NCBI GenBank assembly: GCA_963555755.3
Contig: OY820905.2
Coordinates: forward strand, 1,920,001-1,984,000
DNA length: 64,000 bases
Source of the DNA: Nitrospirales bacterium
GTDB taxonomy: Bacteria; Nitrospirota; Nitrospiria; Nitrospirales; UBA8639
Direction: 5' to 3'
The notes beneath the pieces are model-generated. The model made no database searches, had not been told where the DNA came from, and was given only the letters and a program-made list of their open reading frames with translations. Shown here one piece after another: positions 30,650 through 42,178 of the stretch (position 1 is its first letter; every line of letters starts with the position of its first letter). The position numbers and the translations under genes are program-made.

Positions 30650-31143
30650 GGGCCTGTGAAAAGATAACTTGGACAACATCGCGCCCAGATTTGTGTCGGA
30701 TTTGGACGGAACGATTGAGAAAAAATGGATCATACAGAATATATGGTTCTATCCTACCGCCATCCAATTCTGGCCACATGGAGTTTCTTGGCCATGGCGT
30801 TGCTTCCTGTGAGCGTTCTTGCTTGTGTCGCTGCACGATCGTATCGTGCCCTCTTCCCACGGACCAAGGGGCTATGACGCCAGGAAGAGGCAGCATGAGA
30901 TGCTGCAGCGACCTAAAAATACAAGACGACGCCATTCGCTCAAAAGGAGAGGCGACATAACCCACGAGGAGTGCCATAAATTTATTGGCACCTGATCGTA
31001 TTGTGCTGCCAGAACCCTAAATTCTGCATGATCCGAAAAAACCGAGGCATAGCATGCCTATATTGAGGTGTTTTTGATTGAGGCGCGTTCAAAGATGGCC
31101 CGAAGATGGGATGCGAGATGTCCAAGTTATTTTTTACAGGCCC
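30650..31143. mobile_element. MITE family B interrupted by a nested element
   Basis: Halves 30650-30725 and 31036-31143 align with intact copies at 51007 and 58986. Confidence 0.85.
30726..31035. mobile_element. Nested 310-bp non-autonomous element with 24-bp imperfect TIRs and structured core
   Basis: ggatcatacagaatatatggttct / agaaccctaaattctgcatgatcc; A-run on both flanks. Confidence 0.8.
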
Positions 31144-31234
31144 TTGGCTCAAATGTAAAGAGTGCTGCGTCATGCAGTGATGCGTAAAGAATTTTTCGCG
31201 CTTCACAAATCACGCTTCACATGACTTCAATCTA

Positions 31235-32704
31235 TTAGGAGGGGTGTGGAAGAATCGCTTTGCGGAGGGTCCAGGCCATCATCAGTGCAAAAAAAGTTGA
31301 TCCCAAGGCACTCAACCATAAGAACCACGGCAGGAGACCGAGGCATGCGAACAACAAGACCACGACGGAGAAGTCCCGATTGGCCACATTGCCAAGGATA
31401 AACTCCAGCGGTGTTCGTTGTGCCGGACTGATTTGCCGCCAAGCCTTGGGATTGGCTTTCATGTACTGCACCCGATTCACAAACCAAAACGAAAAACCAT
31501 TCCCCATGACCGTGATGGTCCCGAGCACGAGCGGCAAAGGGCTCTGTTGCCAGGGCCCTGTTACATACGCACCCCAAGCAATGCCGGCAAAAATGGCCAT
31601 GTGCACGACGTTATCCGCAATGATATCCAGCTCTTGTCCAAAACGAGATTCAGCAAACGTCAACCTTGCGACTTCTCCATCGCAGCAATCCACCACCACA
31701 GATAATTGGAACAGTATTGCTGCGATAATGCCTAATTCATAGGATCCGCCGGCAAAGAACGCAGCACTAAGCAAACCAATGAGCATGGACACAATCGTGA
31801 TCGCATTCGGGGAGACACCTAGCTTAATGAACAGTCGTGTTAACACGCTGGAGATTTTTCGGTTGACGTACCGATCGACGAGTCCGTCCATGCCACCTTT
31901 CACGGTTTGTAAGGAGTGACACAACATCTGTTCCGCTCGTAGCAGCCCTTTAGGGCCACGGGCATCGAGGAAATCCTTGGACGTCGTCGACACGGTATTC
32001 ACAATGCCTTCCGCCGCGGCTTGTTCAAGGGCCAACCGAATGGGCCCGCCAGCCTGGGATTTCCAGGCGCCCGAGACTCCAAGTAAACGCGATGGCAAGA
32101 CCACTAAGTCGGCAGCCGGGGCAATACGGTATTCACCATTCCCAATTTCATTCGGGGTTTCCATGGTCTGATCCTGAAACACGACCCGATGATTCAAGCC
32201 ACTTGAATGGGGATCTGCTCGCATCAAGACACCGGGATTCGCCTTCCAGCCTGTATCCCCGGGCCGCCCAATGGCGACCATCACTCGTCCATCCTTAACT
32301 CCTGCCCGCAGGGAATCCACCAACGACGGGGCAAACACCATATGGCAACCCAGGATAAGACACGACCCCGTAATTTCATTCGCTAAAGTTTCCCAGGTCT
32401 GAGGATCACCAGGTGGAAACTCTCGCACAGGTAGCCAACGAATGGCGGCTTGGACCCGGTCATCCCCATGAATGAGGGACCGAAGATGCTGCTCTTCTTC
32501 ACCCACCAACGCCAAAATCTGGGAAATCCCCGCTCGCTGCAACGTGAACACAGTTCGTTGAAATAGAGTCAACCCACTGATGCGGGTCAACGCATTCACC
32601 TTGGTTCGATCGGTCGCCAGCGTTAAATCAAAGACGCCGGAAGAAGCCAACAGAATCGCAGTGTCCACGGTGCTGACTTCTGGTTTATTAAGCGTGCTAT
32701 CCAT
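31235..32704 (-). CDS. CDP-alcohol phosphotransferase with N-terminal NTP-transferase-like domain
   Basis: SPNAIT..DCCDGEVAR..S.FG.ELD..AD signature. Confidence 0.9.
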   Translation of the reverse strand: MDSTLNKPEVSTVDTAILLASSGVFDLTLATDRTKVNALTRISGLTLFQRTVFTLQRAGISQILALVGEEEQHLRSLIHGDDRVQAAIRWLPVREFPPGDPQTWETLANEITGSCLILGCHMVFAPSLVDSLRAGVKDGRVMVAIGRPGDTGWKANPGVLMRADPHSSGLNHRVVFQDQTMETPNEIGNGEYRIAPAADLVVLPSRLLGVSGAWKSQAGGPIRLALEQAAAEGIVNTVSTTSKDFLDARGPKGLLRAEQMLCHSLQTVKGGMDGLVDRYVNRKISSVLTRLFIKLGVSPNAITIVSMLIGLLSAAFFAGGSYELGIIAAILFQLSVVVDCCDGEVARLTFAESRFGQELDIIADNVVHMAIFAGIAWGAYVTGPWQQSPLPLVLGTITVMGNGFSFWFVNRVQYMKANPKAWRQISPAQRTPLEFILGNVANRDFSVVVLLFACLGLLPWFLWLSALGSTFFALMMAWTLRKAILPHPS

Positions 32705-33452
32705 TACGACTTAGATCCCTATCACGTTCAGGCAACTTCGGCAAGACGTCATTTTCCGCACGGACCACATCTTCGGGAAAATCTATCTCGATCCACGGCA
32801 GCCCACCGATCTTTTCCACACCCACCGAAGTGGCTTGAAAAAAATCTTGCAGCGCATCTTCATATTCCATGTCCAGGAGACTTTGACTGATCCGGACCTC
32901 CACCGATTTCAGTAAACTCGGGGCATCGTGCCGGCTGAGTTTCAAGAATCCCACACCCTCACCAGCTTCGTCATAGGTGTCCGGCATCTGCTTCGTGAGG
33001 GCAATAACACGGCCCTGCCGAACCACGACCATGCATTCTTCCGTGTCCTGCACAACGGTGTCATCCATCAGCAAGGCATTGGGATGGGATGAGGCTACGA
33101 GTCGTTCGAGTATAGACGGATGGAACAACACATCCGCATCCATAATCACCGTATCATTATCTAATAAGGCTTGCCGAGCCACCCACAACGAAACAATACT
33201 GCCTCGTTCATACTCCTCGTTCACCAAAAAATGGACAGGGATTGACCCCGACCATGAGGCCACGGCCTCTCGAATCAATTCCTGTTTATACCCAACAACG
33301 ATGGTGAGTTGCGAAACACCGACATGCTCCAAGGCTTCAAGATATCGAACAAGAAGGGTTGTTCCTCCAATCGGGATCAGGCATTTCGGATGATGCTGAG
33401 TTAAGGTATGAAGACGCCGCCCAACTCCTGCAGCAAGAATCACGGCTTTCAT
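32697..33452 (-). CDS. Phosphocholine/phosphonate cytidylyltransferase (LicC/PntC family)
   Basis: ILAAGVGRRL..PKCL, GYK.E, DAD, GEGVG, WIEIDFPED. Confidence 0.88.
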   Translation of the reverse strand: MKAVILAAGVGRRLHTLTQHHPKCLIPIGGTTLLVRYLEALEHVGVSQLTIVVGYKQELIREAVASWSGSIPVHFLVNEEYERGSIVSLWVARQALLDNDTVIMDADVLFHPSILERLVASSHPNALLMDDTVVQDTEECMVVVRQGRVIALTKQMPDTYDEAGEGVGFLKLSRHDAPSLLKSVEVRISQSLLDMEYEDALQDFFQATSVGVEKIGGLPWIEIDFPEDVVRAENDVLPKLPERDRDLSRNG

Positions 33453-33488
33453 GCGTTAGGAGTCCTGGGCCACATGCTCATCCACACC

Positions 33489-34562
33489 TTAAACAATTTC
33501 TTTGAACGCGGTAACAAAGCCTTCAAAATCGGCTTGCGTGAGTGCGCCCATATTCGCCACCCGAAATATTTTGTCGCTCAAATGACCTTGTCCTGCATAA
33601 ATGACATACCCTCGCGCCTTTAACCGATCATGCAAGTCTTGATAGATCAGGCCTTCGGGCAAATAAAACGCCGTCAACGAATTCGATTGCCTCTCAGAAG
33701 GCAAGACCGCCTTGATCCCAAGCGCGCCGAGCCCCTCACGTATCAACGCGGCAGAGCGGGCATACCGTTGAATACGATTTTGCACCCCCTCTTCCAACAA
33801 TTCCTTCAGGGCTTCATCAAGGGCCGCATACACTTGAATGGCTGGAGTAAACGGAACGCTGCCCTGTTCCTGCGCTTCAAAATAGCGGGAAAGATTGAGA
33901 TACATGGAACGCTTGGGATACTTCGCAATTCGCTCGATAAATCCCGTCCGGATCAGAACGAACGATGCTCCCGGAAACCCTTGGATGCATTTTCCTGCCG
34001 TCCCAGCCACGACATACATATGGGACCCTGCAATATCGAGGGACTCTCCGCCCAAACCACTAACCGAATCCACCACACAGACCCGGTTCATATCATCCAC
34101 CATCTTCGCGATTTCATTGACCGGATTGATTAACCCCACCGTGGTCTCATGATGCACAATCGCCACCGTTTGGACTTCCCTGTGAAGCTTGAGGACAGTA
34201 CGGATTTTTTCCAGATCAGGGACGGTATCCCAATCCAATTTTATCTCAGGGATCCCGAGCCGCTGACTGGTAACAATGTCGGAAATGCGTTGCCCATACA
34301 TGCCATTATTGATGGTCAACACACGTTTTGCCATTGGCAAACAAGAGAGCACTGCGGCTTCGACGGCGGCCGTTCCTGAGCCGGTCAGCAGGATCGCCGT
34401 ATACTCAGACTCAGCCCCTGGCACAAAGGCCTGAAGCAATTTCTGGCGAACATTCTGGATCAATTCCCCACATTCGGATTCTCGATGGCACATATCTGGA
34501 ATGGCGAGTGCCTTCCTCACCCGATCTGACACATTCACCGGTCCTGGGTTAAGTAGGATCAT
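33489..34562 (-). CDS. 2-aminoethylphosphonate aminotransferase-like (PLP class V)
   Basis: LLNPGPV, DMCHRE, GSGTAAVEA, VHHETTVGLINP, GKCIQG.PG, FTP, GYVIYAGQG. Confidence 0.85.
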   Translation of the reverse strand: MILLNPGPVNVSDRVRKALAIPDMCHRESECGELIQNVRQKLLQAFVPGAESEYTAILLTGSGTAAVEAAVLSCLPMAKRVLTINNGMYGQRISDIVTSQRLGIPEIKLDWDTVPDLEKIRTVLKLHREVQTVAIVHHETTVGLINPVNEIAKMVDDMNRVCVVDSVSGLGGESLDIAGSHMYVVAGTAGKCIQGFPGASFVLIRTGFIERIAKYPKRSMYLNLSRYFEAQEQGSVPFTPAIQVYAALDEALKELLEEGVQNRIQRYARSAALIREGLGALGIKAVLPSERQSNSLTAFYLPEGLIYQDLHDRLKARGYVIYAGQGHLSDKIFRVANMGALTQADFEGFVTAFKEIV

Positions 34563-34669
34563 TGGTTACATCACTCCTCATTCTTCTTAGGATTAGAAAG
34601 CAGAAAGACGTGATCCGTAAAGCGTGATCCGCGAAGCGGAAAAACCTTCTTTTCGTTACGCATAACGCT

Positions 34670-35260
34670 TCACGCTTCACGGCTTTCAAGCGCTGCCCGA
34701 AACCGCTTCGTCAGATCGGCTGGTCCCACTGCGACCCGATCGGCATCTTCAATTTGCTCATTCACTTTGATCAGCAAGAAACTTGGGCCCTCTTGTTTCA
34801 ACATATCCTTGAATTCATATACAATATCTTCCCGTTCCCATACCCGCTCGATATTCACATAGCCCGCAGCCTTGGCCATTTGGTCCAATCGAACCATTCG
34901 AGAATACGTGGGTTGGTTGCCGGTCGTCCCATATACTTCGTTATCAAACACAACGTGGATCAGATTCTTCGGCTTTAATGCCCCGATCGTAGCAAGCGTA
35001 CCCAGGCCCATCAGCACATTGCCATCCCCGTCAAACACGATAACTTTTTTCTCCGGTTGTGCCAGCGCTAGACCCAAACCAATTGAAGCCGTGACTCCCA
35101 TTGATCCAATCATATAAAAATTTTGTGGCCGGTCGCGAATCTTTTGCGCTTCGCGGGATGGAAACCCATTGCAAATGATGACGGGTTGGTCAGTCACGAG
35201 CTCAAACAACGCCTGCATGGCTTGGGCTCGACTTTGCATCACACCTTCTTCCGGTCTCAT
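34670..35260 (-). CDS. Phosphonopyruvate/sulfopyruvate decarboxylase beta subunit (ThDP)
   Basis: NG.PSRE, NFYMIGSMG, DGDGNVLM, DN.VYGTTGNQ. Confidence 0.88.
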   Translation of the reverse strand: MRPEEGVMQSRAQAMQALFELVTDQPVIICNGFPSREAQKIRDRPQNFYMIGSMGVTASIGLGLALAQPEKKVIVFDGDGNVLMGLGTLATIGALKPKNLIHVVFDNEVYGTTGNQPTYSRMVRLDQMAKAAGYVNIERVWEREDIVYEFKDMLKQEGPSFLLIKVNEQIEDADRVAVGPADLTKRFRAALESREA

Positions 35261-35295
35261 TTCAGTGTATCCTTACTTACCCATGACGAATTTTT

Positions 35296-35415
35296 CCAGG
35301 TGGTCAAAAAAATCGTCCAGCAAGGCCGCAGGCAGTGAGAAGGCCGAGGCGTACCGCAGTACGTCGAGGCCTACGAACAACGAGAACGCAGCTGGCGGTC
35401 TTTTTGACCATCTGG
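35296..35415. mobile_element. Divergent family A-type element between the decarboxylase subunits
   Basis: ccaggtggtcaaaaa-tcgtccagcaaggccgcag ... gagaacgcagctggcgg-tttttgaccatctgg. Confidence 0.75.
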
Positions 35416-35913
35416 CTAAGGTTGAACAGTTTTCACCACTCCCTTTTTCAGGAACAGCGCAACGGGAATACGCTGTTCCATAAAGGTTTTCGCGGTCCAC
35501 TGAAGATCATCGGCTATGGTGTGTTCGGAAAGAGTTCGGTGGGGAATCCGAATCGTGTCCATGAGTTGTGGCATGGTTTCCCCCATGACGAGATGCTCCG
35601 GATCATCTTTTCCTTCAAAGCCACGCCAGGCAATAACCATGACGCATGGAATGGTGTAAATCAGATTCAGCGACATCAACACATTCAAGGCATTCCCCAA
35701 CCCTGAATTTTGCATGAGCACGACCGGGATTTTTCCCCCAAGAAAGGCACCGGCAGCCATCGCCACGGCTTCATCTTCACGTACAGCCGGGGTATAAAGG
35801 CGCCGCTCCCCCAACACTTCGATAATTCCGCCGAGAATCGTGTCAGGAACACCGGTAAAAAAATCACACCCAATGCCTTCTAAGGCTTGAACAAATTCGT
35901 CACTCTCAATCAT
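35416..35913 (-). CDS. Phosphonopyruvate/sulfopyruvate decarboxylase alpha subunit
   Basis: FFTGVPD, REDEAVAMAAG, LMQNSGLGN, WRG..D.PEH..MG. Confidence 0.9.
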   Translation of the reverse strand: MIESDEFVQALEGIGCDFFTGVPDTILGGIIEVLGERRLYTPAVREDEAVAMAAGAFLGGKIPVVLMQNSGLGNALNVLMSLNLIYTIPCVMVIAWRGFEGKDDPEHLVMGETMPQLMDTIRIPHRTLSEHTIADDLQWTAKTFMEQRIPVALFLKKGVVKTVQP

Positions 35914-35982
35914 GCCGTCGGCAAGCCTCGCTGGAATGTTCCAAATGGGAATGTTGAAAAAACCGCCAGCCTTCGGAAAGAC

Positions 35983-37200
<1,218 letters not shown>

Positions 37201-37561
37201 GGCATGCTTTTTTGAACATTCCCTCCAGCTGATGATGACTGTCTCCTCTTGAGCATGTATTTGCCATGGGAGTGAAATATCCAACAGTCTCCAAATCGGA
37301 CTGATTTCATGAGATCAAAGGCCCCTTGGAAATGGAGTTCACAAAGGCAGAATAAAAAAAACGACCGGCACGCGGGTGATCCGGCCCCTCAACGAGAAGG
37401 ATTATAACGAACCGGTTCTCCGGTTCTCAAGAAAATGAGGAATGGCACTGAGAACTTGGAAAAATCAGGAGATTGCAGCCTCAACACACGCAGTGTACAC
37501 TCCCCACCGCAAGGCAACAGAGGCAATTGGCACGCGGAAATACACGAGGAGTGTTGAGCTC

Positions 37562-37963
37562 ATGAAAGGCAGGAAACCATCGGCGGGCGCCTACACCGAC
37601 GCCCATGCCCAAAGCGGAATTACCACGCCACTACCCGAGTTAGAAACATGGCCGAATCAATACGCTGGGTATGAAATTACCATCAAGATCCCGGAATACA
37701 CCGCGATATGTCCCAAGACCGAGCTCCCTGACTTTGGGATCATCACAATCCACTACATGCCTCACAAAACCTGCGTGGAACTCAAATCGTTAAAAGTCTA
37801 CATTCAGGCCTACCGCAACATTGGCATTTTTTACGAAAACGCCGTGAACCGCATCCTCCAAGACCTGGTCAAAGCCTGCAAACCCAAATGGGCAACTGTC
37901 ACCGGCATCTTTACCGCACGCGGCGGATTGAGTAGCACCATTCTGGCCAAGTATCCAAAATAG
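37562..37963 (+). CDS. queF: NADPH-dependent preQ0 reductase
   Basis: PEYTAICPKTELPDFG, VELKSLKVY, GIFYE, ARGG. Confidence 0.95.
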   Translation: MKGRKPSAGAYTDAHAQSGITTPLPELETWPNQYAGYEITIKIPEYTAICPKTELPDFGIITIHYMPHKTCVELKSLKVYIQAYRNIGIFYENAVNRILQDLVKACKPKWATVTGIFTARGGLSSTILAKYPK

Positions 37964-38088
37964 CCACACCTTTTCCTTCAGGCCAAAGCCTTTAGGCTGA
38001 TTCATATACCTCAACACGCTGCGAGACTGGAATCCAAGTGGATGTAATTATTTTAGCAGAAGAAAACTGAGGAGAAAGAGGAGACAGC

Positions 38089-39207
38089 CTAGTTATTTTG
38101 GTAAAAATCTCTAATCGTACTCACAACCAACTCCATCTGGGTTTCAGACAACTCAGGATAAATCGGCAAGGAGAGCACTTCGGTGGCCATGCGCTCGGAG
38201 ACAGGCAGGTCACCTTTTTGATAGCCCAAGGGTTGAAAGCATTCTTGAAGATGCAACGGAACCGGATAATACATTTTGTGTCCAATTCCCTGTTCTTTGA
38301 GATAGCCCATTAGCTGATCACGCTTTTTCGCTCGAATCGTGTATTGATTAAAAACATGGACGTTCCCTGGAACCGTTCGCGGCAATGTCACCCGATCGAG
38401 CAAGCCAGCCTCGGCAAACAGTCGTTCATAGTTCGTGGCGTTCTTGGCCCGTTTTTCATTCCATGTATTGAGGTGTTGAAGTTTCACCCGCAACACAGCA
38501 GCCTCCATCGCATCCAGCCGGCTATTGAGCCCAATGTGATCATGGTGGTAATCGGAACGGCTACCATGCACACGTAGAGCCAAGAGCAATTCCCTGAGCG
38601 CTTCATCGTTCGTGGCAATGAGTCCGCCATCGCCGACTCCGCCAAGATTTTTCGACGGAAAGAAACTGAAACACCCGGAATACCCCAGCGTCCCTGCCTT
38701 GTGACCATTCTGCGCCGCACCAATCGCTTGGCAGGCATCTTCGATGACCCTGACGCCATGCTGATTGGCCACATCCAAAATCTTTTCCATATCCGCGCAC
38801 TGTCCAAACAGATGTACCGGGATGATGGCTTTCGTCCGAGGGGTAATTTTCTTTTCGATCTGCTCGGGGTCAATGTTAAACGTGTCAGCCTGAATATCCA
38901 CAAACACGGGGGTTGCATGGATCCGCGACACGACACTGGCCGTAGAAAAGAAGGTAAAGGGAACCGTGATGACTTCATCACCCGGCTTCACGTCCAGGGC
39001 CATTAAGGAAAGCAACAGCGCATCACTCCCCGACGCTACGCCCACGGCATACCGACAACCCAGATACCGGGCGATATCCTCTTCAAAGTCGGCAACCCGT
39101 TGGCCCAGAATAAAACTCTGATCGTCACACACCCCTTCAATGGCCGAGAGTACTTCAGTACGGATTTCTTTGAACTGCACTTTTAAATCTAACAGAGGGA
39201 CCTTCAC
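38089..39207 (-). CDS. DegT/DnrJ/EryC1/StrS aminotransferase
   Basis: VASGSDAL, PVHLFGQ, EDACQAIG, SFFPSKNLG..GDGG, NSRLD. Confidence 0.93.
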   Translation of the reverse strand: MKVPLLDLKVQFKEIRTEVLSAIEGVCDDQSFILGQRVADFEEDIARYLGCRYAVGVASGSDALLLSLMALDVKPGDEVITVPFTFFSTASVVSRIHATPVFVDIQADTFNIDPEQIEKKITPRTKAIIPVHLFGQCADMEKILDVANQHGVRVIEDACQAIGAAQNGHKAGTLGYSGCFSFFPSKNLGGVGDGGLIATNDEALRELLLALRVHGSRSDYHHDHIGLNSRLDAMEAAVLRVKLQHLNTWNEKRAKNATNYERLFAEAGLLDRVTLPRTVPGNVHVFNQYTIRAKKRDQLMGYLKEQGIGHKMYYPVPLHLQECFQPLGYQKGDLPVSERMATEVLSLPIYPELSETQMELVVSTIRDFYQNN

Positions 39208-39450
39208 GGATGGTTCTGCTCCTGCTACGATGGGTAATTAACAATTTGTCAATGAATCAACGTATATAAGAATTCCAATTTTCGCGGGGCCTTCAAAAAA
39301 ACTGAGGGCATGGCATATCACAGCTTGTCAAAAAACGAAGAACATTGAATCACACCTGACGATTAGGAGCAAGTCACACCCAAAGTGTGCGACCACATTT
39401 CCTAAAAACCTATCAACTTGTCTAACCTCTATGGAGTATCAGACGATCGA

Positions 39451-39993
39451 ATGAAATATTGCAGTGACTGCGGAGCTTCTACATCCCTTAAAATTCCCCC
39501 TGGCGACACGTTGCCTCGACATGTCTGTCAGAACTGTGGGACCATTCACTACCAAAACCCGAAAATCGTCGCAGGCTGCATTCCGGAATGGCACGATCAA
39601 ATTTTGCTGTGCAAACGGGCCATCGAACCTCGACTCGGATTATGGACCTTTCCCGCGGGTTTTATGGAAAACGATGAAACAATCGAAGATGCCGCCATTC
39701 GTGAAACGAAAGAGGAAGCCCAAACAATCATAGAACTCGCTGGCCTGTATACGGTATTTAGCATTCCACATGTGAGCCAAGTGTATATGGTCTTTCGCGG
39801 GACAATGAAAGAAAATGAATTTGGAGCGGGTGAAGAAAGCCTGGAAGTCCGGCTTTTCAATCTCGATCAAATTCCATGGACGGAATTAGCCTTTCAGGTG
39901 ATTGAGGAAACCTTGAAACTCTATTGCCAAGATCGTGAAACAAAGCACTTTTCCATCCACGTTGGCACTATTCAACGCCCAAAAAATTCGTAA
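39451..39993 (+). CDS. NUDIX hydrolase with N-terminal zinc ribbon
   Basis: MKYCSDCG..C..CG..HYQNPK; GFMENDET..AAIRETKEE. Confidence 0.92.
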   Translation: MKYCSDCGASTSLKIPPGDTLPRHVCQNCGTIHYQNPKIVAGCIPEWHDQILLCKRAIEPRLGLWTFPAGFMENDETIEDAAIRETKEEAQTIIELAGLYTVFSIPHVSQVYMVFRGTMKENEFGAGEESLEVRLFNLDQIPWTELAFQVIEETLKLYCQDRETKHFSIHVGTIQRPKNS

Positions 39994-40054
39994 TCCGTCG
40001 CTTGTTGCTCGCGTTTCGTTTTTTTTTTACAAGCAACGAGTGACATCCCGCACT

Positions 40055-40480
40055 TTACGAGGCCGCATAGACAATCACGGCATACCGTGCAGCCTTGCCA
40101 ATCCCAATCCAAAACAGGGCAGGGAGCCAGTGGATCCGCAACCATCCCCCAGCTAAGCAAAGAGGATCTCCCACAACCGGGACCCACGATAATATCAACA
40201 CCGGACTCCCCCATCGCCTTAACCATTCCATGGCCCGTTGATATTTTTGTTGGGAAACATTCGAGGAGGGATACCACCAATCCACGAACCGACCCACAGC
40301 CCAAGTGAACATCCCGCCTAAAGTATTTCCCGTCGTCGCCACAACCAGGAGTGTCCAGGGATCATCCTGACCTTGGTAGGCCAACGCGGCGAGCACCACT
40401 TCGGAGCCACCAGGGAGTAACGTTGAAGCTAAAAAGGCACTCAAGAAAAGAGCCCAGAGGGTGGGAATGTCAGCGGGCAT
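40055..40480 (-). CDS. YqaA/DedA family membrane protein
   Basis: SAFLASTLLPGGSE, GNTLGG, LSWVPVVGDPL, GKAARY. Confidence 0.9.
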   Translation of the reverse strand: MPADIPTLWALFLSAFLASTLLPGGSEVVLAALAYQGQDDPWTLLVVATTGNTLGGMFTWAVGRFVDWWYPSSNVSQQKYQRAMEWLRRWGSPVLILSWVPVVGDPLCLAGGWLRIHWLPALFWIGIGKAARYAVIVYAAS

Positions 40481-40550
40481 ACAATGTGGTGAACATCAGG
40501 GCCAAGAAACCCGACAGCCACGTGTACAGTTCAAAGCCAATAACAGTCGG

Positions 40551-40772
40551 TTACCGCAGCTTTCTAATTCTGATAAATTTGTGGTGGGCATTAAATTGAA
40601 TCACGAATTCCCCATCAATCCCATCGTGCGTCAGAAACGGTCGCAACACTCTGGCAGGAAATTTGACCTTTCGCCCGTCAGCGGCACGAGTGACCACAGT
40701 ATCTGCCACCCCCTTATAATAGGCGAGATACTTATGTGATGAAATGGTAAGACTCACTCGAACTTCAGGCAT
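40551..40772 (-). CDS. DUF2835 family protein
   Basis: YLAYYKG.A..V...DGRKVKFPA..LRPFLTHDGIDG.F. Confidence 0.85.
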   Translation of the reverse strand: MPEVRVSLTISSHKYLAYYKGVADTVVTRAADGRKVKFPARVLRPFLTHDGIDGEFVIQFNAHHKFIRIRKLR

Positions 40773-41022
40773 AGAAATACACCACCCGCATCGGTCACAA
40801 GGTTGATCTCACATGAGGCTAGCATGCCACTTCAACTATGTACATTCTAGCTGTGTTACCCACATACCTTGACATTGAATCATCCTAATTATTTCGATCC
40901 CTTCCTTCTCATTTCAGCCCCCTCCTTGTTATTTCGACCTCCTCGTTGTCATTTCGACCGAAGGGAGAAATCTAGAAATCTGTAGTTCGGCAACGTGCAA
41001 CATTAACTCTCACAATTATTAT

Positions 41023-41340
41023 GTGGGGTTTCGCCCCCACACGACGAGGCACTTTTGTTTCGGCAAAAGTGCCCAAAACCATTTCCGCCCGTGCGCGGCC
41101 TACAGAGAATGATCAAAACGTTCGTCAGCAAGGCCGCAGGCGCTTTGGCGCGCGCAGCGTACAGGTTTGTACGTGAGCAGGCAAAGGGCCGAGAACGCCG
41201 CTGACGGACGTTTTGAACATTCTCTTCCGGGTCCCTCCGCCTCCGCCCCGAATAAGAAGGCTCAGGAACTCGCTCCGCTCAAACAGCCTTCGCCAAAAAA
41301 GTCGATTCGGGGCTACAGCTACGCCGCGCCCAACGCGGGG
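41023..41340. repeat. Repeat family C with nested family A copy (41105-41224)
   Basis: ggggtttcgcccc..cttttgtttcggcaaaag..ccaaaaccattt..aactcgctccgctcaaacag; other copies at 42094, 45122, 55304. Confidence 0.85.
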
Positions 41341-41408
41341 AGCAGTAGATCATTTTATTCTGTCAAAACTCTCAATAGGAAAACTGCCCAGAAACCGCTC
41401 AAAACATT

Positions 41409-41714
41409 TCAAAACCCGGCCTCGGTGAGTGCAATTCGAGGAGCCCTTCGTAATCCTTTAATCTTTTCCTTCCGTGCTTGCCACAAGTCATAGCTTTGTT
41501 GCAGGGCCAACCAGGTCTCAGCCGATGGAGGAAAAACACGCTCCAGGCGAACAGCAACATCTGGAGTGACGGGAGCATGTCCATGACAGACGCGGGACAG
41601 CATCGCTCGACTAAGCCCTAATGCTTTCGCAGCTTCAGTAACTGTCCACCCGACCGATTTAATACAATCTTCCAAAATCGTTTCCCCGGGGTGCGGGGGA
41701 TTATGCATCCTCAT
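41409..41714 (-). CDS. higA: HigA antitoxin (HTH)
   Basis: MHNPPHPGE..TVTEAAKALG.SR..VTPDVAVRL..WLALQ..YDL. Confidence 0.93.
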   Translation of the reverse strand: MRMHNPPHPGETILEDCIKSVGWTVTEAAKALGLSRAMLSRVCHGHAPVTPDVAVRLERVFPPSAETWLALQQSYDLWQARKEKIKGLRRAPRIALTEAGF

Positions 41715-41726
41715 ATCTCAACTCCT

Positions 41727-42005
41727 TTAATGGTAGTCTTCATAATTCACCTTCCTGGCAGAACCATCCTCAAATTCAAACGTCACCCGGTAGTTCCCAG
41801 TGACCCATACCGCCCATGCGCCCTTTCGTTTCCCTGATAGTTCATGCAACTTCCAACCGGGCACCCTCATATCATCCAAGGTTCTCGCCAGAGATAATTG
41901 ATGCAAAATCCTTCTAATCTTAGGGACTTGCTCTGCGGGAAGACCTCGCGTTGAACCCCGATCAAATAGCCATTTCAACCCCCGATGCTTAAAATCTTCA
42001 ATCAT
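41727..42005 (-). CDS. higB: HigB toxin
   Basis: MIEDFKHRGL..LH.LSG.RKG.W...VTGNYRVTF..VNYEDYH. Confidence 0.93.
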   Translation of the reverse strand: MIEDFKHRGLKWLFDRGSTRGLPAEQVPKIRRILHQLSLARTLDDMRVPGWKLHELSGKRKGAWAVWVTGNYRVTFEFEDGSARKVNYEDYH

Positions 42006-42012
42006 TTCTCAA

Positions 42013-42039
42013 TGTGTATCATTACTACACAGACGTCAA
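42013..42039 (-). promoter_or_regulatory. higBA -35 box and palindromic operator
   Basis: TTGACG at 42039-42034; tgtgta-tcattac-tacaca palindrome. Confidence 0.5.
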
Positions 42040-42178
42040 GCGTTTTTTTTTGAGTTTTTCAATGAAGGGGAGCCGTGGAGAGAATATTTAAATGCAGGGT
42101 TTCGCCCCTGCAGACGAGGTCCTTTTGTTTCGGCAAAAGGACCCAAAACCATTTTCGCTCGTGCGCGGCCCTCCGGGT

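Noticed and set aside
30639..30977. 112-aa ORF across the nested element
   Set aside because: It spans the element boundary into MITE B and has no recognisable domain.
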